The notes under the pieces are model-generated. The model was not told where the DNA came from, ran no database searches, and worked only from the letters and a program-made list of their open reading frames with translations. Positions 21,075 to 30,978 of a stretch of DNA of 64,000 nucleotides are shown here, one piece after another. The number at the start of each line of letters is the position of its first letter. Positions within the stretch are counted from its first letter, which is position 1. The position numbers and the translations under genes are program-made. Location: the NCBI GenBank assembly GCA_965247095.1, contig OZ251997.1:3392001-3456000 (forward strand). The letters run 5' to 3'. This DNA is from Candidatus Multivorans sp. Lineage in GTDB: Bacteria; Acidobacteriota; Thermoanaerobaculia; Multivoradales; Multivoraceae.

Positions 21075-22015
21075 GCGGGAAATCGCTCCAGGAGCTGGGC
21101 GGCGACGCCGGTAGCGATGGCGGCGGGCGTCTTGGACCGGATCTGCGGCAGCCCGATCGGACAGACGAGCGCGTCGGTCAGACCATCCGGCAGGCCCGCG
21201 CTGCGCAGCCGCTGCACGAATCGAGCACGCTTGCTCGAGGAACCGATGAGCCCGACATAGCTGAACCGGCGGGCCGCAAGAGCGGCATGGACGATCGCAA
21301 GATCGAGCGGATGGCTGTGGGTCATCACGACGACGGCGGCGCCCGAAGGGGCGGCGGACAGCTCGTCCGCGGCGTCCGAGCTCTCGATGGTCCGGATGGG
21401 CTGAGGCAGGACGGGCGGGAACGCGTCAGAGCGCCCGTCGATCCAGGTGACGGCAAAGGGGAGAGGCGCCAGGGCGAGCATGAGCGCCCGGCCGACGTGC
21501 CCGGCGCCGAATAGCCAGACCTCCTGCGGCCGGTCGCCGAAGCGCTCGACGACGTCGACTTCTCCGTCCGTTCCCGCGTCGCCGGCGCCCTCGTCTCCAT
21601 CCTTGACAGGGGCCCGGCCCACCGCTCGTCGGCCGATCCGGGCACAGACCGTGAACGGACCGGCCCGCTCCCGCGCCGCGAGCGCGCGGACGGTGTCGAG
21701 CTGCTCCGTCACGAAGACTTCGGACAGCACCTCGACGCTGCCGCCGCAGCACTGGGCGAGTTCGGGCCCGAGGGAATAGCGGTCGAGGGCGGCAGACTGC
21801 GTACCTGCAGCCAGCGCCTGCCGCGCCGCATGGAGCACCCGCCATTCGAGTTCGCCGCCGCCGATCGTGCCGGAGAAGCCGGTACGCCCAGGTCCGACGA
21901 CCATGCGGGCGCCGGCCTCGCGAGGTGCGGAGCCCCGCACGGTTACGACACTGACCAGGGCGCAGGCGCCGTGCGCCTCCAGGAGGCTGGCGACTTCGGG
22001 CCAGACACGGCGCAT
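21071..22015 (-). CDS. xdhC: Xanthine dehydrogenase accessory protein XdhC
   Basis: GSAPREAGARM, GTIGGGELE, LAQCCGG, LFGAGHVG, MTHSH; ATG at 22015. Confidence 0.9.
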   Translation of the reverse strand: MRRVWPEVASLLEAHGACALVSVVTVRGSAPREAGARMVVGPGRTGFSGTIGGGELEWRVLHAARQALAAGTQSAALDRYSLGPELAQCCGGSVEVLSEVFVTEQLDTVRALAARERAGPFTVCARIGRRAVGRAPVKDGDEGAGDAGTDGEVDVVERFGDRPQEVWLFGAGHVGRALMLALAPLPFAVTWIDGRSDAFPPVLPQPIRTIESSDAADELSAAPSGAAVVVMTHSHPLDLAIVHAALAARRFSYVGLIGSSSKRARFVQRLRSAGLPDGLTDALVCPIGLPQIRSKTPAAIATGVAAQLLERFPA

Positions 22016-22019
22016 GGAG

Positions 22020-24470
22020 TCAACCCGCGACCGGCGCTTCGACCGCCAGAGCGGGTGCGGGACGATGTTCGTGCCGCAGAGCGTCCGCGGCGCGCAGGAT
22101 GGCTTCCGGCGTGGCCGGCGCATCGAGCGGCGGCACCGTGCCCGGGGCCAGGCTGGCCACTGCGTGGGTGATGGCGGAGAAAGCCGAGAGCGCGAGCATG
22201 AGCGGAGGTTCGCCGACCGCCTTCGAGCGGTAGATCGTGGGTTCCGGATTGGCGCCCGACCGGTAGAGCTCCACGCGGAAGTCGGCCGGAACGTCGGAAC
22301 AGGTGGGAATCTTGTAGGTCGATGGTGCGTGGGTCAGCAGCCGTCCCGACGGGTCGAACACCAGCTCCTCGGTGGTGAGCCATCCCAGACCCTGGACGAA
22401 GCCGCCTTCGATCTGGCCGATGTCGATCGCTGGATTGAGCGAGTTCCCGGCATCGTGCAGGATGTCCACCCGGTCGAGTCGGATCTCGCCAGTTTCCGTG
22501 TCTACGGTGACTTCGCTGCAGGCGGCGCCGCAGGCGAAGTAGAGGAACGGCCGTCCGCTGCGCCGGTCCCGGTTCCAGCCGATCTTCGGCGTGCGGAAGA
22601 AACCGGTAGCCGACAACGACACGCGTTGCTCGAAGGCGGTCGCCGCCAGTTGCCTGAACGAAATCGTGTCGAGGCGTCCGCCGTCGCCTCTCGCGACGCC
22701 GACTCGTCCGTCCGCGAAGGAGATGGCGTCCGGCTCGACGCCAAAGTGCCGGGCGGCGAGATCCGCGAGCCGCCGTCTGATCTTCCGGGCGGCCAGCCTT
22801 GCAGCCATGCCGTTCAGGTCCGAGCCGGACGACGCCGCGGTGGCCGGGGAGTTCGGAACCTTGTCCGTTCGCGTCGCGGTGACCCACACCTTGGCGATGT
22901 CGACTCCCAGCTCCTCTGCGACCACCTGGGCGACCTTGATGTAGAGCCCCTGGCCCATCTCGGTGCCGCCGTGGTTCACCTGAACCGAGCCGTCCACGAA
23001 GACGTGGACCAGGGCGCCGGCCTGATTCAGGGCCAGCAGCGTGTACGCGATCCCGAACTTGACCGGAGTCAGCGCGATGCCCTTGCGAAGGGGACCCCCC
23101 AGGAGATTGAAGCGCGACACGGCCGCACGCCGCGCCGCGTAGTCGCTGGTCTGCTCCAGCGTCTCCACGATGTCCGGGAGGACGTGCTCTTCCACCGTCA
23201 TGCCGTAGGGCGTCGTGTCCCGGCCCGGGCGGTAAAGGTTCCGCTTGCGCACCAGGAGCGGATCGAGCCCCAGGGTGATGGCCGCGGCGTCCATCGCCCG
23301 CTCGGCCACGATCATCCCCTGGGGTCCGCCGAATCCCCGGAACGCGGTGTTGGAGACCGTGTCCGTTTGCAGGCGGCGCGAGTTGATCGTCGCAGCGGGG
23401 TAGTAGTACGCGTTGTCGGCGTGGAACGTTGCCCGGTCGCAAACGCCGGAAGACAAGTCCGCCGAGCAGCCGCAGCGGGCCGCCAGGTCGATCTCGATTC
23501 CCGTCAGGACGCCGGAAGCGTCCAGACCGCAGCGAAAGTCCGCCCGGAAGTCGTGACGCTTGCCTGTCATTGCCATGTCGTCGTCGCGGTCGAGCCGGAG
23601 CTTTGCCGGGCGGCCGACCGTTCGGGCGGCGAGGGCGGCCAGGCAGGCCCACTGAGCCGCCTGCGACTCCTTGCCGCCAAAGGCGCCGCCCATTCGGCGG
23701 CACTCGCAGACGACCGCGGCGTCAGGGATGTCCAGCATGCCCGCGACCAGCCCCTGGACTTCGGCGGGGTGCTGGGTCGAGGAGAAGACCCGGATCTCGT
23801 CGTCCTCGCCGGGCACCGCGAGCGCGGCCTGTCCCTCCAGGTAGAAGTGCTCCTGACCGCCGATCCGCAGACTCCCTTCGAGACCGCGCGGAGCAGCAGC
23901 AATGGCGCCCGCCGCGTCGCCGCGCTCGAAGCCGTAGGGCGGCAGCAGGTCCGTTCCCTGAGCGAGCGCGTCGTCCACGGTGACCCGGGGCGGGCGGGAC
24001 TCGACTTCGATGCGGGCGCGCTTCACGGCCCGGCGGGCGATGTCGCGTGTCTCGGCCACGACCGCGAAAACGACCTCGCCGGGAAAGCGAATCGTGTCTC
24101 CCGCCAGGATCGGATCATCCCCGGCCGCGGGGCTGCAGTCGTTTCGCCCGGGAATGTCGCCCGCTTCGAGAACCGCCAGAACTCCCGGGAAGGCCCGCAC
24201 AGCCGAGAGGTCCAGGGAGCGGATGAGGCCACAGGCCGCACCCGCGGCGCCGGGCGCCACGTGGACCGTGCCCCGAGGCTCCGGCAGATCGTCGACGTAG
24301 TTCGCCGTGCCGCGGACGTGCCGCGCCGCACTGTCGTGGGGGAGTCCCCGCCCGACGCTCCGGCCCGGTGCGCTGCCGGGGTCGGCGATCTTCTCAGGGG
24401 AGGTCCGGTCTCCCGCCGTTGCCGAGGCGCCCGCTGACTCGGCGGTCCTAGCCTGGATCAGGGTACTCAG
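22020..24470 (-). CDS. xdhB: Xanthine dehydrogenase molybdopterin-binding subunit (probable CTG start)
   Basis: PHDSAARHV.G.A.YVDD, QEHFYLE, RMGGAFGGKESQ, AFRGFGGPQG, SKAVGEPP; conserved N-terminus lies upstream of the first GTG (24260). Confidence 0.9.
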   Translation of the reverse strand: MSTLIQARTAESAGASATAGDRTSPEKIADPGSAPGRSVGRGLPHDSAARHVRGTANYVDDLPEPRGTVHVAPGAAGAACGLIRSLDLSAVRAFPGVLAVLEAGDIPGRNDCSPAAGDDPILAGDTIRFPGEVVFAVVAETRDIARRAVKRARIEVESRPPRVTVDDALAQGTDLLPPYGFERGDAAGAIAAAPRGLEGSLRIGGQEHFYLEGQAALAVPGEDDEIRVFSSTQHPAEVQGLVAGMLDIPDAAVVCECRRMGGAFGGKESQAAQWACLAALAARTVGRPAKLRLDRDDDMAMTGKRHDFRADFRCGLDASGVLTGIEIDLAARCGCSADLSSGVCDRATFHADNAYYYPAATINSRRLQTDTVSNTAFRGFGGPQGMIVAERAMDAAAITLGLDPLLVRKRNLYRPGRDTTPYGMTVEEHVLPDIVETLEQTSDYAARRAAVSRFNLLGGPLRKGIALTPVKFGIAYTLLALNQAGALVHVFVDGSVQVNHGGTEMGQGLYIKVAQVVAEELGVDIAKVWVTATRTDKVPNSPATAASSGSDLNGMAARLAARKIRRRLADLAARHFGVEPDAISFADGRVGVARGDGGRLDTISFRQLAATAFEQRVSLSATGFFRTPKIGWNRDRRSGRPFLYFACGAACSEVTVDTETGEIRLDRVDILHDAGNSLNPAIDIGQIEGGFVQGLGWLTTEELVFDPSGRLLTHAPSTYKIPTCSDVPADFRVELYRSGANPEPTIYRSKAVGEPPLMLALSAFSAITHAVASLAPGTVPPLDAPATPEAILRAADALRHEHRPAPALAVEAPVAG

Positions 24471-25948
24471 GCCGCCTCCTCCCTGCTGCCGCGGACCCGC
24501 GTCTCCCGGCTCGGACGCCCCGCGATCTCGCTGAGCGCCTTGAGGACGAGAGAGCCGGCGACGCGCAGCCGGTACTGGGCGCTCGCCCGGTGGTCGTCGA
24601 TCGGCGAGAAGTCACCGGCCAGCGCGGCCCGGACCCGCTCCTCCGCGTCACGCCGCAATCCGCTGTTCTCCAGGCTGAGCCCGATCAGAGTCTCTTCGGT
24701 CCGCGGGGAACGCCTGGGCGTCGCCGCCATGCCGCCCCAGGCCATCCTGGCGGAGACGATGCGCCCGCCGACCGTGTGGAACCAGAACGCCCCGAGCACG
24801 GACGAGATGTCCTGGTCGTAGCGCTTCGAGATCTTGTAGCTGCGGAAATGCTCGTCCGGGCCAAGGCGGGGAACCCGGATCCGGGTCAGGAGTTCGCCGG
24901 GTGCGCGGTCCTGAACGCCGTAGTCGAGGAAGAACGCCTCGAGCGGCAGGGTCCGGCGACGTTCGCCGAGGCGGAGCTCGATGGAAGCCCCGAGTGCGAT
25001 CAGAACCGGAGGCATGTCGCCTATCGGCGAGCCGTTCGCAATGTTGCCGCCGACCGTGCCGACTGCCCGCACCTGCTTCGAACCCAGGCGATTGAGCACT
25101 TCGCCGACATCCGGGTCGATGCCGCAAAGCGCCGCCTCCGCTTCGGCGTACGTGGCGGCGGCGCCAAGCTCCACCCGGTCGTGCTCTTCACGCACGGCCC
25201 GGAGGGAGGGGACGCGCCCGGTGTGAATGATCTGGGGCAGGTGACGCAGTTCCTTCGTGATCCATAGACCGACATCCGTCGCGCCGCCCGTGATCACGGC
25301 GTCAGGGTGTCGGGCGCAGAGGTCGGCCAGGCTGTTCTCGGAGGCCGGGGCCGCGAAAAACGTCTCGTCGTTGCCAACGAAGAGGTCCTGACCGTCGTCG
25401 AGCGTGTCGAGCTGCTCAGCCGTGCGAGCCGCATTTCGCGTGAACTCGTCCTGAGGCGTGCCGCCGCAGGAGACGAGAGCCGCGTCGGCGATCGGACGGT
25501 AGCCGGTGCATCGACATAGGTTGCCGGCGAGCCACTCGTTCACCGCGGCGCGGTCTGGATGCTGGTTCGCGTGGTAGAGAGCGAACAGGGTCATGACGAA
25601 GCCGGGCGTGCAGAACCCGCACTGGGAAGCGTGGTGGTCGACGAGCGCCCGCTGGACAGGATGAAGGTCCGAGGCGCGAGGCGCCAGGTCGTCAACGGTG
25701 ACCACTTCGGCCCCGTCCAGGGAGCCAAGGAGTTGAATGCAACTGTTCGTCGGCTCGTAGACCACGCGCCCGTCGCGGAGGCGGCCGACAGCAACGGTGC
25801 AGGCGCCGCAGTCCCCTTCGGCGCAGCCCTCCTTGGTGCCTGTCGCGCCTTCGCGGAGACGTAGATGCTCGAGCAGCGTCTCGGTGGGTGCGAACCCCTC
25901 CAGGCTCGTGACCCGCCCTCGACGTACAATGCGCAACGCAGGGCGCAT
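24467..25948 (-). CDS. xdhA: Xanthine dehydrogenase small subunit (2Fe-2S + FAD)
   Basis: GTKEGCAEGDCGACT, QCGFCTPGF, GNLCRCTGY, YKISKRYDQDIS. Confidence 0.92.
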   Translation of the reverse strand: MRPALRIVRRGRVTSLEGFAPTETLLEHLRLREGATGTKEGCAEGDCGACTVAVGRLRDGRVVYEPTNSCIQLLGSLDGAEVVTVDDLAPRASDLHPVQRALVDHHASQCGFCTPGFVMTLFALYHANQHPDRAAVNEWLAGNLCRCTGYRPIADAALVSCGGTPQDEFTRNAARTAEQLDTLDDGQDLFVGNDETFFAAPASENSLADLCARHPDAVITGGATDVGLWITKELRHLPQIIHTGRVPSLRAVREEHDRVELGAAATYAEAEAALCGIDPDVGEVLNRLGSKQVRAVGTVGGNIANGSPIGDMPPVLIALGASIELRLGERRRTLPLEAFFLDYGVQDRAPGELLTRIRVPRLGPDEHFRSYKISKRYDQDISSVLGAFWFHTVGGRIVSARMAWGGMAATPRRSPRTEETLIGLSLENSGLRRDAEERVRAALAGDFSPIDDHRASAQYRLRVAGSLVLKALSEIAGRPSRETRVRGSREEAA

Positions 25949-25967
25949 CTGCGCAAACTATCGCAGC

Positions 25968-26096
25968 TTCTGCTTTCAGGAGATCGCTCCGGGCGGCTTT
26001 AGGCCGCAGTTCGGCGGCATCGTGACGGACAGCTCGATCGTCGCGGGTTTCCGGAAGGAGTTCGGCACCGGCTTCGCCTGGGACATGAGCGGTCAC
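25968..26096 (+). pseudogene. Short internal fragment resembling a TonB-dependent receptor
   Basis: FCFQEIAPGGFRPQFGGIVTDSSIVAGFRKEFGTGFAWDMSG, with no own start or continuation. Confidence 0.4.
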
Positions 26097-26129
26097 AATC
26101 TGTGTCCAGGCACCGGTCCACGGAGGGCG

Positions 26130-26168
26130 TTGACCGCCGTCGCGGCGTCAGCATAGGCTTGGCCTATG
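26130..26168 (+). promoter_or_regulatory. vapBC promoter (TTGACC..18..TAGGCT) with operator palindrome CATAGGC-TTG-GCCTATG
   Basis: The -10-like hexamer ends 6 nt before ATG 26166; the palindrome covers the -10 and the start codon. Confidence 0.5.
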
Positions 26169-26435
26169 TCAGGCGCTGCACGACGACCGTCAGCAACTCA
26201 GCCGTTCCGGGTAGCTCGTCTGTTCCGCAACGGCCGGAATCAGGCGCTCCGGATCCCGCGCGAGTTCGAACTGCAGGCCGACGAGGTGACCATTCACCGG
26301 GAGGATGGTCGCTTGATCATCGAACCCGTCGATCGGAAGCCATCGCTTGCAGAGGTTCTCTCGCGTCTCGCCCCGCTCGAAGAAGACTTCCCGAACATCG
26401 AGGATCCTCCGGTCGAGCCGGAAGAGACCCTCTGA
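26166..26435 (+). CDS. vapB: Type II TA antitoxin, AbrB/VapB family
   Basis: ARLFRNGRNQALRIPREFEL. Confidence 0.9.
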   Translation: MSGAARRPSATQPFRVARLFRNGRNQALRIPREFELQADEVTIHREDGRLIIEPVDRKPSLAEVLSRLAPLEEDFPNIEDPPVEPEETL

Positions 26436-26448
26436 CTCGGTAAGAACC

Positions 26449-26847
26449 GTGCCGCGATACCTGTTGGACACGAACGCCGTATCCCAGTTGATCCGGCGCC
26501 CCGATGGCGAACTCGCCAAGAGATGCGCCGCTCTTGAGCCGGGGAATCTCGCAACGAGCGTGATCGTGGCCGCCGAGTTGCGGTACAGCGCCGAACGTCG
26601 CGGTTCCCGGCGTCTGACGACGCAGTTGGACGCAGTGTTGTCGGCGGTCGACATCCTGGCCTTGGAAGAACCGGCGGACCGGCACTACGGCGCGATCCGG
26701 AGCGAATTGGAGCGGGTCGGCCAGCCGATCGGGCACAACGACCTGCTCATCGCGGCTCACGCCAGGGCCCTTCGCCTGACATTGGTGACCAACAATGTCC
26801 GCGAGTTCCGCAGGGTGCCGGATCTGGTGGTCGAGGACTGGCAGTGA
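26449..26847 (+). CDS. vapC: Type II TA toxin VapC
   Basis: YLLDTNAVS, IGHNDLLIAAHA, LVTNNVREFRRVPDL.EDW. Confidence 0.92.
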   Translation: MPRYLLDTNAVSQLIRRPDGELAKRCAALEPGNLATSVIVAAELRYSAERRGSRRLTTQLDAVLSAVDILALEEPADRHYGAIRSELERVGQPIGHNDLLIAAHARALRLTLVTNNVREFRRVPDLVVEDWQ

Positions 26848-26906
26848 CGACCGCTTGAGGTGGGTCTCGGCGAGTGCTGCGCCGACCGTCGTGGCGAGAA
26901 TCCTGA

Positions 26907-27352
26907 GCCGCCTACACGGGCGACGACGAGGAAGGCCTGCGCAAGGCAAGCACCTGGGGCGACTACATCATCTGCAACGTGGAGTACGTCGCGCTGGACT
27001 TCGCGGCGCTTCGCGAGTTCATGCGCGGCCTCGTCGATGCCAGGGCTCACCCCGAGCCACCGAAACCCTCTCCGTCCCCGGCCTCGCCTTCGCCGAACAC
27101 GGCCCGCGCGACCTCGGCCTTTCCTACGGCCACCTCGAAGGCCGCGCCGACCCGCCGCTTCCACCCGAAGTCGTCGCCGCCGGCGAGATGGTGCTGGAGC
27201 TGACGAAGGAGCGCGGGATGTTTTTCCTGGACAACGTACTGCCGGAGAATGTGGCTGGGCAGCTCGACCGCGGTGTGATGGTTGGCGCCGGACGGAGGGA
27301 GGATACGGCGGAGGTGGGGAGGGAGCACACCGGGCGGACGATGCCCTGGTAG
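26907..27352 (+). pseudogene. Remnant A of an HpcH/HpaI aldolase-like gene (N-terminal piece joined to C-terminus)
   Basis: TWGDYIICNVEY..LDFAALREFMRGLVD, then in another frame VPGLAFAEHGPRDLGLSYG...AEVGREHTGRTMPW*; homologous to the copies at 34208 and 40500. Confidence 0.6.
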
Positions 27353-27671
27353 GGCTGCGGCGGGCTGGCCGACCCGCGTGAAGTTGCCTGGCGGTGAAGA
27401 AGCTGAACTCGATAAGCGCGTCTGCCGCCTTCACGGTTCTGTCCGATTGAGCTTGGCCCGATCCGGGGACGCAGGTTCTCGCAGGAGGTGTCTGCGATAC
27501 TGAGACCAGGGCCTCCGCACCCAACAGAATCTCGGTGGCAGATGGTCGAGCTGTTGATGTCTGGGAGCGAGCCCAGCCCACGAGCTAGAGCTATGCCAGA
27601 CGAGGCATTGGACGGGTCCGGTCTTGAGCACCCTGGCTGTTCACGCCGAGTGCATCACGCGTGAAACGAAT

Positions 27672-29045
27672 CTACGGCTTGGGATAGGGGTCGAACCGGA
27701 AGACCCTGTTAGATTGCTGGCGTTCGAGCTGCAGCGTAACGAGCGCCGTTCGATGTGGTGTAAAGAACTTGCTGATCTCATCCTTCTTGATGTGGATGGC
27801 GCCGATGCCGTCGTCAGCAAGAGTCTCGAACCCGACGTATGTATACGGAGGGTTGATCTCCGGGTGAGCGGTGACGCTCATGCGTAGGTACTCCCCGACC
27901 TTGTCGATTGCGGATTTCAAACGTGTGCAGTCTACGTAGACGCTGCGGTAGGAGGGATCATCGCTGTATTTGTGGACTCCCCTAATCACTGTCCCGTGGA
28001 ACCGCTCAGCGGTCTGGTCGTTGTCTTTCTCGTAGAATTGCAGCAGATAGTCCTCGACGCCGACTCCGTATTGGTCCTCCACGTGCACGACGGTGTTCTG
28101 GAACCCATGCTTCCGCGCGTTGCCGCTAGGCCGGTTGGGCAGGAGCGCCTCGTTGCGGCGCGCCAGCACTTCGCACCACCCGTGGAAGCCGTCGTCCTCC
28201 ACGGTCAAGCTTCTCACGATGTCGGTGAGCAGGTCGCGATCTCGCTTCGACTTCACGTTGCTCTTACTCAGTTTGATCGAGCTATGGTCGTGGCCGTCTA
28301 CGATGCCAAACGCTGCCGTGCCCGATGACTCTTCAAGCGACCGCCAATCGCGTCCTACATTGGGATTTTCCGGGTGGGCCGGGAACGTGCCGGTCATGCG
28401 AACACAGTTCATGTTGGCTGTCGAAATACGTACGGTACCGTCCGAACCGTCCTCATTCCCAATGGCACGAATCCCCCTATATCCATTGTTGCCGACCAGC
28501 ACGGTGCATAGTACGTTTCCTTGGTCGTACATTCTGCCGCCGTCGCCAAACCTGTCGCGCTGCGCCAGCTCCCAGGTGTAGGAGCTGGCAAGTTCCAGTC
28601 CTTTGAGGATCTGTGTGCCGGTCTCGAAGGGGTTACCCTCTGGCTTCTTGGCAATGAAGCCCTTGAACACGCGCGCGGCGAATGAGCGGCCCTTGTGTGC
28701 TAAGGGTGAACCGAAGTTGGCTGGCGCAAGCATGACCATCCGATGTACGGGTGCTTGGTCTGGGTTGAAATAGCGATTCAGCCATTGCCGGATGACAAGT
28801 CCGCCGGCGCTGTGGACGACGGCGTCTACGCTCCTCTTGTCTGTGGGAAGACCATGGTGGTCCCAAGCCTTCTTCATCGCCGAGGCCAGATCGTCGAAGC
28901 GGATCTCGTCCTCCATGCTGAGGTAGTCCCCCAAGCTGATAGTGACGACCTCGCGCTCGAGCGCAGCCTCAAGGTGTTTCGCGAGCGGCTCAAAGTCGTC
29001 GGAAGAGGCACTCCAACCGTGCAAAATGACTATGCGATTAGCCAT
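27672..29045 (-). CDS. Alpha/beta hydrolase fold protein (accessory, lower GC)
   Basis: VILHGWS, VVHSAGG nucleophile elbow, MLAPANFGSPLA, SDGTV, HDHS. Confidence 0.8.
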   Translation of the reverse strand: MANRIVILHGWSASSDDFEPLAKHLEAALEREVVTISLGDYLSMEDEIRFDDLASAMKKAWDHHGLPTDKRSVDAVVHSAGGLVIRQWLNRYFNPDQAPVHRMVMLAPANFGSPLAHKGRSFAARVFKGFIAKKPEGNPFETGTQILKGLELASSYTWELAQRDRFGDGGRMYDQGNVLCTVLVGNNGYRGIRAIGNEDGSDGTVRISTANMNCVRMTGTFPAHPENPNVGRDWRSLEESSGTAAFGIVDGHDHSSIKLSKSNVKSKRDRDLLTDIVRSLTVEDDGFHGWCEVLARRNEALLPNRPSGNARKHGFQNTVVHVEDQYGVGVEDYLLQFYEKDNDQTAERFHGTVIRGVHKYSDDPSYRSVYVDCTRLKSAIDKVGEYLRMSVTAHPEINPPYTYVGFETLADDGIGAIHIKKDEISKFFTPHRTALVTLQLERQQSNRVFRFDPYPKP

Positions 29046-29486
29046 CACCCGACCCCGCCCGGTCGATGTAGGCCTTGATTCCGCCCCTACTGGCCACCGT
29101 TTTGTTGCTCATGCTCTCCCCTTCTTTCGGAGAATGTGCTGGCGCGAGCATACGCGAAATGGACGCGCCGGACACTTGGTTTGGCCTCGGACACTAGCGT
29201 GAGCGGCAGACTCGGGGCGCGCAGGCGGGGTTCTACCTTACTGTCCAACAAACCGTGAGCACCTGAGTTTGACGACGCTACGTGGCATGAGAAAAGGCAA
29301 ACCGCGAGAGCCTTTGGCGCAAGCGTATGAGGCCACCAGTCTCGCGATGCGATCGGAGAGTCCCTGGAAGCCGCTGGATCCATGAATCGGCGATAGGGCC
29401 TACGAGCCCAAGCGCATCAACAAGTCCTTCGAACTGGGACTATACTCGATAGTGACCATTCCTGAGGCACGCCGAAGAGCCATATC

Positions 29487-29717
29487 CTACTGATTCCGTT
29501 CCTGTCGGATCCTCTCGAGTTCCTGTTGGAATAGCTCGTCGTACCGTTCCTGGTCAAACGGTCGCGTGCCCGGATAGTCAGCAGCCGACAGCATCAAGCG
29601 AGCCAAACCGCCAAACGCTAGGGCCAGGAACAGAGTGAAGAGCAAGACCCCAGCGAGGATCTGCCCGAGGGCGACTGCCCATACGGTCCGCCAGAAAGAC
29701 AGTGGCTCCCTAGTCAT
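29487..29717 (-). CDS. Small membrane protein, hypothetical
   Basis: One hydrophobic segment, AAGGAG upstream, charged C-terminus. Confidence 0.5.
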   Translation of the reverse strand: MTREPLSFWRTVWAVALGQILAGVLLFTLFLALAFGGLARLMLSAADYPGTRPFDQERYDELFQQELERIRQERNQ

Positions 29718-29776
29718 CGATCATTTGACTCCTTCGACTAGTTCCCTATACCGCTTCAGTGTAACCGCTGGAGGAG

Positions 29777-30961
29777 TTATGAAGACGTCTCTAGAGATGA
29801 CAATTCAGTCGCTCTTAGGGAGCGGTACGGCACTACAACGAACAGCGGGACGACCACCAGCGCGATGAAGCCCCAGGCCAGCGTGCCGTAGCCCCTGGCA
29901 ACCAGGTCGATGATCCCGAACGTCGACAGACCAGCCGCGGCCGCCAGTACCCCCACCGCAGTCCCCGCCTTCTGCACCCTCGTCAGCCTCCCCGAAGCAG
30001 GCCTCCACCGACGCGGCAGGTCGTCGAGATGGCTCTCGACGCGCCTCAGGAGCGCGTGAATCGAACCGACCGCCGTCTCGATCAACGTCCAGCCGGCGAC
30101 GAGTCCGAAGATCGCGATCCAGAGCGCCGGCCCGCCGGCGCGGCCGTCGGCCGCGCTGGTGATCATCGGCAGCCAGGGCACCTCGGCGTCCATGACAGAG
30201 GCCTGAGGGAACCGCAGAAGGCACGCCAGGGTCAGCGCGAACGGCACCGTCATCGCGACCCCGGCCAGAGCGCCGGACGAGAAGGTTTCGGACCGCCGCG
30301 TCTGGCGATGGAGGCAGAAGAGCACCGCCGGCACGACGGCGACGTTATAGGCGACGTACAGAACGGCGGCGACGATCACCTCCAGCACGCCTCCCTCGGG
30401 CGCCGTCGCCGCCGCCACCGGCTGCGCGACCGACTGCGCACCCGCCTCCTCGACCGGCGCCGTCAACACGAGCACCGCGAACGCGCAGTACCCCAGATAC
30501 AGAGCCGCGCTCCCCCAGGTCTTCGCCTTCTCGATGAAGCCGGAACCGCGCCACGACAGAAACCCGACGCACGCCAGCGCGATCGCCAGACTCAGCGGCT
30601 TCGGAATCCCAAGGGTCTGCTGCAGCACCTCACCGATCGCCGCGGTCATTACCGCGATCACCAGCATCATCATGCTCAGGATGAGCAGGTCGACGAGCCA
30701 CCAGAACGGGCCGACCAGGTTCCGGCTCCACGTCTTGTAGTCGTACGCCCCGGCGAGCCGCGCGAGCTCGAAGGACAGCGCCATGACGACGGCGAAGCAG
30801 ACGGTGATGATCGCGACGGACAGCCATCCCCAGTTGCCGAAGCGGCCGGCGTACTCCACGACTTCCCTGCCGGTGGCGTAGCCGCCTCCGATGATCATCG
30901 ACTGGGCGATGATCGCCGGCAGGACGAGGGTGTGGAAGCGGGTTGGCGCCCGTGCCGGCAT
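29777..30961 (-). CDS. YkvI-like membrane protein
   Basis: QSMIIGGGYATGREVVEY, GIIDLVARGYG; many TM segments; ATG 30961. Confidence 0.8.
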   Translation of the reverse strand: MPARAPTRFHTLVLPAIIAQSMIIGGGYATGREVVEYAGRFGNWGWLSVAIITVCFAVVMALSFELARLAGAYDYKTWSRNLVGPFWWLVDLLILSMMMLVIAVMTAAIGEVLQQTLGIPKPLSLAIALACVGFLSWRGSGFIEKAKTWGSAALYLGYCAFAVLVLTAPVEEAGAQSVAQPVAAATAPEGGVLEVIVAAVLYVAYNVAVVPAVLFCLHRQTRRSETFSSGALAGVAMTVPFALTLACLLRFPQASVMDAEVPWLPMITSAADGRAGGPALWIAIFGLVAGWTLIETAVGSIHALLRRVESHLDDLPRRWRPASGRLTRVQKAGTAVGVLAAAAGLSTFGIIDLVARGYGTLAWGFIALVVVPLFVVVPYRSLRATELSSLETSS

Positions 30962-30978
30962 CGTGGGTGCCTCGGAGG

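Noticed and set aside
29122-29135. TTCTTTCGGAGAA matching part of the 34-bp motif
   Set aside because: Only 13 bp match and the rest of the motif is missing; probably chance or a small UUCG hairpin.
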